DNA from: Escherichia phage Baskent_phicoli_1
Sequence record: PP766721.1
Strand: one strand, 5' to 3'
DNA length: 39,500 nt
Part shown: positions 1 through 7,416 of the stretch, in pieces
Layout: every line of letters starts with the position of its first letter
Position numbering within the stretch: the first letter of the stretch is position 1
Program-made: the position numbers and the translations under genes
The notes under the pieces: generated by a model
Database searches by the model: none
Seen by the model: only the letters and a program-made list of their open reading frames with translations
Told to the model about the DNA's origin: nothing

Positions 1-300
1 CATCGTCTGATTTACACCGAGAACTTCGGTCCAATCCCGGATGGTCTGGTAGTCAGGCATAAATGCGACAACCGTTGGTGCGTTAACCCTGAGCACTTAG
101 AGCTTGGGACTCAGCGTGATAACATACACGACTGCGTTACCCGTGGTCGTCACAATAACGCCAAGCTGTCAGACCAGCAGGTCCGTGAAATCCGAAAGGA
201 TAAGCGTAGCTCCCGTGCTGTAGCGGCTGACTATGGCATTGACCATAAGGGCGTATTGGCGGTCAGGAACCGTAAGTCTTATCAACATGTGGAGGACTGA
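1..300 (+). CDS. HNH homing endonuclease, 3' portion (ORF starts at 39165 and continues across the window wrap; stop TGA 298-300)
   Basis: Frame open from base 1; translation ...AHRLIYTENFGPIPDGLVVRHKCDNRWCVNPEHLELGTQRDNIHDC... is a classic HNH motif; bases 1-252 repeat 39249-39500. Confidence 0.85.
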   Translation, partial: HRLIYTENFGPIPDGLVVRHKCDNRWCVNPEHLELGTQRDNIHDCVTRGRHNNAKLSDQQVREIRKDKRSSRAVAADYGIDHKGVLAVRNRKSYQHVED

Positions 301-1167
301 ATGTCTGAAAAGAAAATAGCTCTGGTGCTGGACGGTGATTACCTAGTATTCTCTTCTATGGCTGCTGCCGAGGATGAGACTGACTGGGGTGATGATATTT
401 ATACTCTGATTTGTGACCACGCCAAGGCTCGTCGTATCCTTGAGAACACCATCGCTGAAATCGTTAAGAAGCGCAAGGCGTGGAAAGACGCTAAGATTGT
501 GATGTGCTTCACCGATGACGTGAACTGGCGCAAGTCAATATTACCTACCTATAAGGCTAACCGTAAAGGTTCTCGCAAGCCTGTAGGTTACAAGAAGTTC
601 GTAGCCGAAGTGATGGCTGACCCACGGTTCAACAGCTTCCTTCGTCCTACGCTTGAGGGTGATGACTGTATGGGTATCATCGGGACACGACCTCAGATTG
701 TAGGTTGTGACCATGCGGTTCTGGTATCATGCGATAAGGATTTCAAGACCATCCCGAACTGTGAGTTCTTCTGGTTAACCACTGGTGAAATCCTGAGTCA
801 TACGACTGCTGAGGCAGACTACTGGCACATGGAGCAAACCATCAAGGGTGACACTACAGATGGCTACGGCGGGATTCCGGGGATGGGTGAGGACACCACT
901 CGTGCGTTCCTTGACGAGCCGTACTACTTCGTGCAGGAGAGCCGTGAGCTTAAGACTGGCAAGAACAAAGGCCAGATTAAGACTGAGTGGAAGAAGCATC
1001 CTAAGCGTGAAGACATGACGCTGTGGGACTGCATGGTAACTCTGGCTGCTAAAGCTGGGATGACCGAGGAGGAACTTCTGGTCCAAGCTCAGGTCGCTCG
1101 TATTTGCCGAGCCTCCGACTACGACCCTAAGTCCAAGGAGGTCATCCTGTGGACACCATCCATGTAA
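301..1167 (+). CDS. gp6: 5'-3' exonuclease (T7 gene 6 homolog)
   Basis: 288 aa; CDHAKAR, FTDxVNWRK, YKANRK, KPVGY, LEGDDxMG, SCDKDFKTIPNC, QTIKGDxTDGY, SGKNKGQ, LWDC, AKAGMTEE all align with remembered T7 gp6. Confidence 0.95.
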   Translation: MSEKKIALVLDGDYLVFSSMAAAEDETDWGDDIYTLICDHAKARRILENTIAEIVKKRKAWKDAKIVMCFTDDVNWRKSILPTYKANRKGSRKPVGYKKFVAEVMADPRFNSFLRPTLEGDDCMGIIGTRPQIVGCDHAVLVSCDKDFKTIPNCEFFWLTTGEILSHTTAEADYWHMEQTIKGDTTDGYGGIPGMGEDTTRAFLDEPYYFVQESRELKTGKNKGQIKTEWKKHPKREDMTLWDCMVTLAAKAGMTEEELLVQAQVARICRASDYDPKSKEVILWTPSM

Positions 1168-1293
1168 TTTACTGGGCCGGACTTCTGGCCCTTTACTGCA
1201 TGTACAAGTGGTTCGGGTCGAACAACCGCCCTAAACACTGAGTCTAACCGATAGTCATATCCTATCAATCCAACAGTCATCCATAGGTGAAAC

Positions 1294-1316
1294 ACTAAAC
1301 TATCACTATAGGGACT
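1294..1316 (+). promoter_or_regulatory. Phage RNAP promoter (phi6.5-like), predicted +1 G at 1311
   Basis: TAAACTATCACTATAGGGA; identical to T7 promoters from -8 to +6, distinct at -15 to -9. Confidence 0.8.
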
Positions 1317-1377
1317 TTAGGACCTAAGATATGACTATAAGATAGACTTTAGTCTTAACTTAAAGAGGAGATTCAAG

Positions 1378-1650
1378 ATGGCGATTAATGCTATTGAAAA
1401 CGTTGTTAAGCAGTTACAGGAAGAAAGACTTGATGTCCCGAACATCTCCCAGTCTGCCATCCAGTTCCTGCACGTACTGTTTAACGCAAGCTACGCTGAG
1501 AAGACGGGAGCTATAAGTCTCCTCAAGCAGCAGGGCTACAGCGATGCGTTCATTGCCGGGTTCATCAAGGGTCTCCAGTATTGTTCTGACACTCTCGACT
1601 CTGCGATTGCTATGCGTCGTGAGCTGAAAGATACCGTTCAGTTCGATTAA
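1378..1650 (+). CDS. Hypothetical protein at gene 6.5 position
   Basis: 90 aa ORF with AAGAGGAG Shine-Dalgarno upstream; synteny only. Confidence 0.65.
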   Translation: MAINAIENVVKQLQEERLDVPNISQSAIQFLHVLFNASYAEKTGAISLLKQQGYSDAFIAGFIKGLQYCSDTLDSAIAMRRELKDTVQFD

Positions 1651-1664
1651 CTGTAGGAGGGACT

Positions 1665-1889
1665 ATGTGTTTCAGTCCAAAGATTAGCACTCCGAAGCCT
1701 TCGGTCCAAGCACCTGAACCAGCACCTCTGAGTGAGGAAGTTGCGTCAGTTGACATCGGGGCTGAATCGGATGTGGACACAAACGAGACCAAAGGTATCA
1801 AAGACCTTAAGGTTAAGAAGGAGTCTGCACCAAAAGATAAATCGTCAGTGAGCCGCGCTATGCGAGCCTCTGGCGTAAACATGGGGTAA
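1665..1889 (+). CDS. gp6.7: Virion protein gp6.7 homolog
   Basis: 74 aa; N-terminus MCFSPKI...EPAPL matches remembered T7 gp6.7; basic C-terminus. Confidence 0.8.
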   Translation: MCFSPKISTPKPSVQAPEPAPLSEEVASVDIGAESDVDTNETKGIKDLKVKKESAPKDKSSVSRAMRASGVNMG

Positions 1890-1893
1890 GACA

Positions 1894-2298
1894 ATGCTAC
1901 CATATCTCAACTCACGCGAAGGTCGCCACATGTGTGCCTGTCGCCTCTGGGAAGACGGGCAGTCTAACTTCAAGTCATTCGAGGACTTCAAGGCTCATAC
2001 TTACCGTATGGCTGACGAGTTCGACGGTGAAGAGTACACAATCTACGATGTCTCAGGTCAACCAGTAGCGTATCTCTACATGCTGGCTACCGCATCTTGG
2101 CACCGACCTACTCCCGGTCTTGACCTTTCAATCGTCGCTATTCGTCGTGACTCGCAGTCCTCCCGCAAGGTTCTTGAGACTGTCAGACACATCATAGACG
2201 AAGAGTGCAAGCGTTGGGGTCTTGGCTGGTATTCTCGTGTCAAGCATGTTTCCGGGTCGGTAGACATCGTAACAACTAAGGAGATTAATCGTGGGTAA
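1894..2298 (+). CDS. gp7: Virion protein at gene 7 position (host range protein-like)
   Basis: 134 aa, size and position match T7 gp7; tight coupling to neighbours. Confidence 0.65.
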   Translation: MLPYLNSREGRHMCACRLWEDGQSNFKSFEDFKAHTYRMADEFDGEEYTIYDVSGQPVAYLYMLATASWHRPTPGLDLSIVAIRRDSQSSRKVLETVRHIIDEECKRWGLGWYSRVKHVSGSVDIVTTKEINRG

Positions 2299-2539
2299 AT
2301 CAATCAGTAAGGCCTTCAAGAAAGTGGTGAAAAGTACGCTAGGGACCGTTGGGCTTGGCTCTGATGACGCGCCTAAGGTTGTTGAGGCTCAGACCCCAGC
2401 AGCACCAGTGGAAGTACCGAACGACAAAGTGGAGGATGTGGATACTGAAGCAACCGCATCTGACGAGAAGAAAGTGAAGCGTTCCGGTAAGCGGACCCTT
2501 CAGGTCTCTCGCACCTCGGGTGGCGGTATTTCTATTTAA
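2291..2539 (+). CDS. gp7.3: Tail assembly/ejected protein gp7.3 homolog (GTG start)
   Basis: 82 aa; MGK...KAxKKVxKS N-terminus and SGGGIxI C-terminus as in T7 gp7.3. Confidence 0.8.
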   Translation: MGKSISKAFKKVVKSTLGTVGLGSDDAPKVVEAQTPAAPVEVPNDKVEDVDTEATASDEKKVKRSGKRTLQVSRTSGGGISI

Positions 2540-2550
2540 GGAGGTGACGA

Positions 2551-4119
2551 ATGGCTGAACGCGAAGGGTTCGCTGCTGAAGGAGCCAAAGCGGTCTATGA
2601 CCGACTGAAGAACGGGAGACAGCCATATGAGACACGCGCTCAGAACTGCGCTGCTGTCACTATCCCGTCACTGTTTCCTAAGGAGTCCGACAACTCATCT
2701 ACTGAGTATACCACTCCGTGGCAATCCGTAGGTGCTCGCTGCTTGAACAATTTGGCTGCAAAGCTGATGTTGGCGTTATTCCCTCAGTCACCATGGATGC
2801 GACTGACAGTCTCCGAATATGAGGCAAAGACCTTGAGTCAGGACTCAGAGGCGGCTGCTCGTGTTGACGAAGGGCTGGCTATGGTCGAGCGTGTGTTGAT
2901 GGCTTACATGGAGACTAACAGTTTCCGCGTCCCATTATTCGAGGCGCTGAAGCAGCTTATCGTCTCAGGTAACTGTCTGCTCTACATTCCAGAGCCTGAA
3001 CAGGGTACCTACAGTCCCATGCGAATGTACCGCTTAGTGTCTTACGTTGTTCAACGTGATGCGTTCGGTAACATCTTGCAGATTGTGACTCTCGACAAGG
3101 TAGCGTTTAGTGCTCTACCGGAAGACGTGAAGTCTCAGCTCAACGCAGACGACTATGAGCCTGACACCGAGCTGGAAGTATATACACACATCTACCGTCA
3201 GGACGACGAGTATCTGCGCTACGAGGAAGTGGAAGGCATTGAGGTGACAGGGACCGATGGTTCCTACCCGCTGACTGCATGTCCATACATCCCGGTACGA
3301 ATGGTTCGACTGGATGGTGAAGACTACGGTCGTTCTTACTGCGAGGAGTATCTGGGAGACCTCAACTCGCTGGAGACGATTACAGAAGCTATCACCAAAA
3401 TGGCTAAGGTAGCCTCCAAGGTGGTGGGCCTCGTTAACCCGAACGGTATCACGCAACCTCGACGTCTGAACAAGGCGGCTACAGGTGAGTTCGTGGCTGG
3501 TCGCGTTGAGGACATCAACTTCCTGCAACTGACGAAAGGTCAGGACTTTACGATTGCCAAGTCGGTGGCTGATGCTATCGAGCAACGTTTAGGCTGGGCC
3601 TTCCTTCTTAATAGTGCTGTTCAGCGTAATGCCGAGCGGGTCACTGCTGAAGAGATTCGTTATGTTGCTGGCGAACTGGAGGCGACCTTAGGTGGCGTGT
3701 ACTCAGTTCAGTCACAAGAGCTTCAGTTACCTATAGTCCGTGTGCTGATGAACCAACTTCAGTCTGCTGGCATGATTCCTGACCTTCCGAAAGAAGCGGT
3801 AGAACCTACTGTATCCACTGGTCTGGAAGCTCTGGGCCGTGGTCAGGACTTAGAGAAGCTAACTCAGGCAGTCAACATGATGACCGGGCTACAGCCTCTG
3901 CAACAGGACCCAGACATTAACTTGCCGACCCTGAAGCTGCGACTGCTGAATGCCTTAGGCATTGACACCGCTGGTCTACTGCTGACTCAGGACGAGAAGC
4001 TGCAACGTATGGCTGAACAATCCGCTCAAGGAGCTGTGGTCAACGGTGCGTCTGCTGCTGGTGCTAACATGGGCGCTGCTGTAGGTCAAGGAGCTGGTGA
4101 GGATATGGCTCAGGCCTAA
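2551..4119 (+). CDS. gp8: Portal (head-to-tail connector) protein, gene 8
   Basis: 522 aa; size and position as T7 gp8 (536 aa); GGAGG SD. Confidence 0.93.
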   Translation: MAEREGFAAEGAKAVYDRLKNGRQPYETRAQNCAAVTIPSLFPKESDNSSTEYTTPWQSVGARCLNNLAAKLMLALFPQSPWMRLTVSEYEAKTLSQDSEAAARVDEGLAMVERVLMAYMETNSFRVPLFEALKQLIVSGNCLLYIPEPEQGTYSPMRMYRLVSYVVQRDAFGNILQIVTLDKVAFSALPEDVKSQLNADDYEPDTELEVYTHIYRQDDEYLRYEEVEGIEVTGTDGSYPLTACPYIPVRMVRLDGEDYGRSYCEEYLGDLNSLETITEAITKMAKVASKVVGLVNPNGITQPRRLNKAATGEFVAGRVEDINFLQLTKGQDFTIAKSVADAIEQRLGWAFLLNSAVQRNAERVTAEEIRYVAGELEATLGGVYSVQSQELQLPIVRVLMNQLQSAGMIPDLPKEAVEPTVSTGLEALGRGQDLEKLTQAVNMMTGLQPLQQDPDINLPTLKLRLLNALGIDTAGLLLTQDEKLQRMAEQSAQGAVVNGASAAGANMGAAVGQGAGEDMAQA

Positions 4120-4137
4120 ACTATCACTATAGGAACA
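4115..4137 (+). promoter_or_regulatory. Phage RNAP promoter (phi9-like), +1 G about 4132
   Basis: TAAACTATCACTATAGGAAC overlapping gene 8 stop. Confidence 0.75.
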
Positions 4138-4234
4138 CCGAAAGTAAGAGCGACTAAGCCGACCATATGGTAGCCGTTAGTCCCACACTGCAAGTAGGTG
4201 TTTACCTATTAACGACTTAAAGGAGAATGACTCA

Positions 4235-5119
4235 ATGTCTCAATCAGTTTATGCCGAGTTTGGCGTTAGCTCTACTGCAATCACGGGTTCCGTTGAGGAC
4301 CTGAACGAACACCAAAAGTCTATGCTTGAACAGGACGTAGCTGTTCGTGATGGAGACGACGCTATTACCTTCAAGCAACTGGAAGCCGAAAACGAAGAGG
4401 CGACCGAAGAAGACGAGAACGTCGAAGAGACTGAAGGTGAAGAAGACCATGAGTCCGATGACGAAGAGTCTGAGACCGATGGTGAGCAGCCTGAGTTCAT
4501 CGAACTGGGTGATGCACCGAAAGAGCTGACCGAAAGTGTCACCGCCTTGGATGAAAATGAAGCTGCATTCGACGACATGGTGTCTTCTGCTGTGGAAGCT
4601 GGCAAGGTCACTGCTGATGAAATTACCGCTATCAAGGCTGAATACGCCAAGGACGGTAAGCTGTCTGACGCATCCTACGCTAAGTTGCAGGAAGCAGGTT
4701 ACACCAAGCGTTTCGTAGATTCGTTTGTACGTGGTCAGGAAGCTCTGGCTGAACAGTATGCTGCTGGTGTGGTTCGCTACGCTGGTGGAGCTGAACAGTT
4801 TAATCGAATCCTGTCACACCTTGAGTCCAACGACCCGTCAACTCGTGAAGCACTGGAAGCTGCTATCGTTCGTAAGGACATCGCGACTACCAAAGCTCTG
4901 CTGAATCTGGCTGGAAAGACTCTGGGTAAAGCTGTGGGTGTTAAACCTCAGCGTACCATCACCACTCAGGCTAAACCTGTGGTCGCACCTAAGGCTCCTC
5001 AGACCGAAGCATTCAGCTCCAAGGCTGACATGATTAAGGCAATGAGTGACCCGCGCTACCTGCGTGACGCTAAGTACACGATGGAAGTTCGCGCTAAGGT
5101 AGCTGCCTCAAGCCTGTAG
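4235..5119 (+). CDS. gp9: Capsid assembly scaffolding protein, gene 9
   Basis: 294 aa, strongly acidic (E/D-rich) N-terminal third, position between portal and capsid genes. Confidence 0.88.
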   Translation: MSQSVYAEFGVSSTAITGSVEDLNEHQKSMLEQDVAVRDGDDAITFKQLEAENEEATEEDENVEETEGEEDHESDDEESETDGEQPEFIELGDAPKELTESVTALDENEAAFDDMVSSAVEAGKVTADEITAIKAEYAKDGKLSDASYAKLQEAGYTKRFVDSFVRGQEALAEQYAAGVVRYAGGAEQFNRILSHLESNDPSTREALEAAIVRKDIATTKALLNLAGKTLGKAVGVKPQRTITTQAKPVVAPKAPQTEAFSSKADMIKAMSDPRYLRDAKYTMEVRAKVAASSL

Positions 5120-5120
5120 G

Positions 5121-5143
5121 ACTAAACTATCACTATAGGGAGA
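5121..5143 (+). promoter_or_regulatory. Phage RNAP promoter phi10 (full consensus), +1 G about 5138
   Basis: TAAACTATCACTATAGGGAGA directly upstream of major capsid gene with long leader and strong SD. Confidence 0.85.
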
Positions 5144-5243
5144 CCAAGACGCGACTCAAGGTTTCCCATTACTTCAGTCCATACGGATTGGGCGTACAGT
5201 AAGTAATAAACTTTATCTTTCAATTGAATAGGAGAATTATCAT

Positions 5244-6293
5244 ATGGCAAACGTTCCGGGTCAGAAAATTGGTACAGACCAAGGTAAAGGCAAATCTAGT
5301 TCCGACGCTCTGGCGTTGTTCCTGAAGGTCTTTGCTGGTGAAGTCCTGACCGCATTCACTCGCCGCTCTGTAACGGCTGACAAGCATATTGTCCGTACCA
5401 TTCAGAACGGTAAGTCTGCTCAGTTCCCGGTCATGGGTCGCACCTCTGGTGTGTATCTGGCTCCCGGTGAGCGACTGTCCGATAAGCGTAAAGGTATCAA
5501 ACATACCGAGAAAGTGATTACCATTGATGGTCTGCTGACTGCCGATGTGATGATTTTCGACATTGAAGACGCGATGAACCACTATGACGTGGCTGGCGAG
5601 TACTCCAACCAGTTGGGTGAAGCTCTGGCTATCGCTGCTGATGGTGCGGTTCTGGCTGAAATGGCTCTCCTGTGTAACCTCCCGGCCGCATCCAACGAGA
5701 ATATTGCCGGTCTGGGCACTGCGTCAGTACTTGAAGTTGGTACTAAAGCCGACCTGAACACTCCGGCTAAGCTGGGTGAAGCAATCATCGGTCAACTGAC
5801 CATTGCTCGTGCGAAGCTGACCTCCAACTACGTTCCTGCTGGCGACCGATACTTCTACACCACGCCGGACAACTACTCTGCAATCCTCGCGGCTCTGATG
5901 CCGAACGCTGCTAACTATGCTGCGCTGATTGACCCAGAGACTGGCAACATCCGTAACGTGATGGGCTTCGTTGTTGTTGAGGTCCCGCATCTGGTGCAGG
6001 GTGGTGCTGGTGAGACCCGTGGTGACGATGGTATCTCTATCGCCTCCGGTCAGAAACACGCATTCCCGGCGACTGCTGCTGGCGACGTTAAAGTTGCTAT
6101 GGACAACGTTGTGGGTCTGTTCTCTCACCGTTCTGCTGTGGGTACTGTGAAGCTGCGTGACTTGGCGCTGGAACGTGACCGTGACGTCGATGCTCAGGGC
6201 GACCTGATTGTTGGTAAGTACGCTATGGGTCACGGTGGTCTGCGTCCTGAAGCAGCGGGCGCACTGGTTTTCACAGCAGCGTCAGCGGGTTAA
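5244..6293 (+). CDS. gp10A: Major capsid protein 10A
   Basis: 349 aa; LALFLKVFxGEVLTAF, KSAQFPV, KHTEKVITIDGLLTADV, EDAMNHYDV, LMPNAANYAALIDPE, RNVMGF, HRSAVGTVKLRDLALER, KYAMGHGGLRPEAAGA match T7 gp10A. Confidence 0.97.
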   Translation: MANVPGQKIGTDQGKGKSSSDALALFLKVFAGEVLTAFTRRSVTADKHIVRTIQNGKSAQFPVMGRTSGVYLAPGERLSDKRKGIKHTEKVITIDGLLTADVMIFDIEDAMNHYDVAGEYSNQLGEALAIAADGAVLAEMALLCNLPAASNENIAGLGTASVLEVGTKADLNTPAKLGEAIIGQLTIARAKLTSNYVPAGDRYFYTTPDNYSAILAALMPNAANYAALIDPETGNIRNVMGFVVVEVPHLVQGGAGETRGDDGISIASGQKHAFPATAAGDVKVAMDNVVGLFSHRSAVGTVKLRDLALERDRDVDAQGDLIVGKYAMGHGGLRPEAAGALVFTAASAG

Positions 6294-6556
6294 CGACCTT
6301 TAAGGCCCTCTCTACCGAGGGTCCTACCTTAGAGACGTATAGTTCTACGGTGGGAACCAGCTTGAAGGTTGACTTACCGGAGCTTTCAGATGTGACCGAC
6401 TGGTCGCTGCTTGATGTTACTACGCCTGATGGTGTTAGTTACTCCCGTAGAACCAACAGTCTCTACTTCAAGGCCACCTCTGGCGTGGAAGGTCTAGTGA
6501 TTGTTGAGTATGACGGTTCGCCTGTGCGTTCCTTCAACGTATCTTTCACAAACTAA
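6266..6556 (+). CDS. gp10B: Predicted -1 frameshift extension producing minor capsid protein 10B (slippery heptamer G GTT TTC at 6266-6272; -1 frame open to TAA 6554-6556)
   Basis: The -1 frame is open from 6251 across the 10A stop to 6556; heptamer sits 7 codons before the 10A stop, homologous to the T7 10A/10B site. Confidence 0.6.
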   Translation, partial: GFHSSVSGLTTFKALSTEGPTLETYSSTVGTSLKVDLPELSDVTDWSLLDVTTPDGVSYSRRTNSLYFKATSGVEGLVIVEYDGSPVRSFNVSFTN

Positions 6557-6558
6557 TT

Positions 6559-6598
6559 GAAACCCCTTGGGTGCCTTCGGGTGCTTGAGGGGTTTTTT
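6559..6598 (+). terminator. Tphi-like terminator for phage RNAP
   Basis: AACCCCTTGGGTGCCTTCGGGTGCTTGAGGGGTTTTTTG, near-identical in design to T7 Tphi (AACCCCTTGGGG...CTTGAGGGGTTTTTTG). Confidence 0.8.
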
Positions 6599-6613
6599 GC
6601 TTAAGGAGGGCCT

Positions 6614-7180
6614 ATGGCTCAATACATTCCACTGAATGCTAACGATGACTTAGATGCCATCAACGATATGTTAGCTGCTATCGGTGAACCAGCAGTCCTA
6701 CAGCTTGACGAAGGCAATGCTGACGTCTCGAATGCTCAACGTATCCTGCATCGTGTCAATCGTCAGGTCCAAGCTAAAGGCTGGAACTTTAATATCAACG
6801 AAGCTGCCGTCCTGACACCTGATGTCAAAGACAATAGGATTCGATTCTTGCCGTCATACCTTCGTGTAATGACCGCTGGTGCCACCAGCTACTACAGCAA
6901 CATGGGTGGATACCTGTACGACCTATCCACTCAGTCAACCACTTTCACCGACCCTATCACGGTAGAGCTTGTGGAGATGAAGCCATTCTCCGAGATGCCT
7001 GTGGTCTTCAGGGACTACATCGTCACTAAAGCTAGCCGTGAGTTTAACGCTAAGTTCTTCGGTAGCCCAGAGTCAGAGCTATACCTTCGTGAGCAGGAAG
7101 CAGAACTCTATCAGCAGGTTATGGAGTACGAGATGGACACTGGTCGCTACAACATGATGTCTGACATCGGGAGGGACTAA
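6614..7180 (+). CDS. gp11: Tail tubular protein A, gene 11
   Basis: 188 aa; position and size as T7 gp11 (196 aa). Confidence 0.88.
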   Translation: MAQYIPLNANDDLDAINDMLAAIGEPAVLQLDEGNADVSNAQRILHRVNRQVQAKGWNFNINEAAVLTPDVKDNRIRFLPSYLRVMTAGATSYYSNMGGYLYDLSTQSTTFTDPITVELVEMKPFSEMPVVFRDYIVTKASREFNAKFFGSPESELYLREQEAELYQQVMEYEMDTGRYNMMSDIGRD

Positions 7181-7407
7181 TGGCTAGTCACAACCTGAAG
7201 ATTCACCGCCAGCATTTTGGTCCGGTACAGCTAGGTCTAAAGACAGCAGAGCTTAGACTTAACGACCGGGACTTTAAGGTTGGTGACTGGCTTATCCTGA
7301 ATGAGTGGGACAACGGGTATACTGGACAACAGGTAGCGCGTAAGGTTGTCCACATTGCTGACGTTGGTGACATCGCTGAAGGATACGTCCTAATGAGTAT
7401 GATTTAA
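7180..7407 (+). CDS. DUF3850/ASCH-like small protein (extra gene, not in T7)
   Basis: 75 aa; HNLKIHxxHFxPVxxGxKTAELRLNDRDFKVGDWLILNEW fits the DUF3850 (ASCH/PUA-like) signature from memory; ATGA-coupled to gene 11. Confidence 0.55.
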   Translation: MASHNLKIHRQHFGPVQLGLKTAELRLNDRDFKVGDWLILNEWDNGYTGQQVARKVVHIADVGDIAEGYVLMSMI

Positions 7408-7416
7408 GGAGGGCCT

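Noticed and set aside
1174-1191. Small hairpin GGGCC-N8-GGCCC followed by TTT after gene 6, considered as a terminator
   Set aside because: Stem is only 5 bp with a weak U-tract; T7 has no terminator here; not convincing
5724-6233. Minus-strand ORFs in general (for example 5724..6233, 3115..3585, 21854..22285, 31835..32245, 4249..4650)
   Set aside because: Every one lies antisense inside a well-supported + strand gene, has no convincing ribosome-binding site, and T7-group phages are transcribed entirely from one strand; treated as shadow ORFs
6350-6556. Independent 68-aa gene after the capsid gene
   Set aside because: Better explained as the distal part of the -1 frameshift extension (10B); it has a GTG start, no SD, and is in the -1 frame relative to 10A
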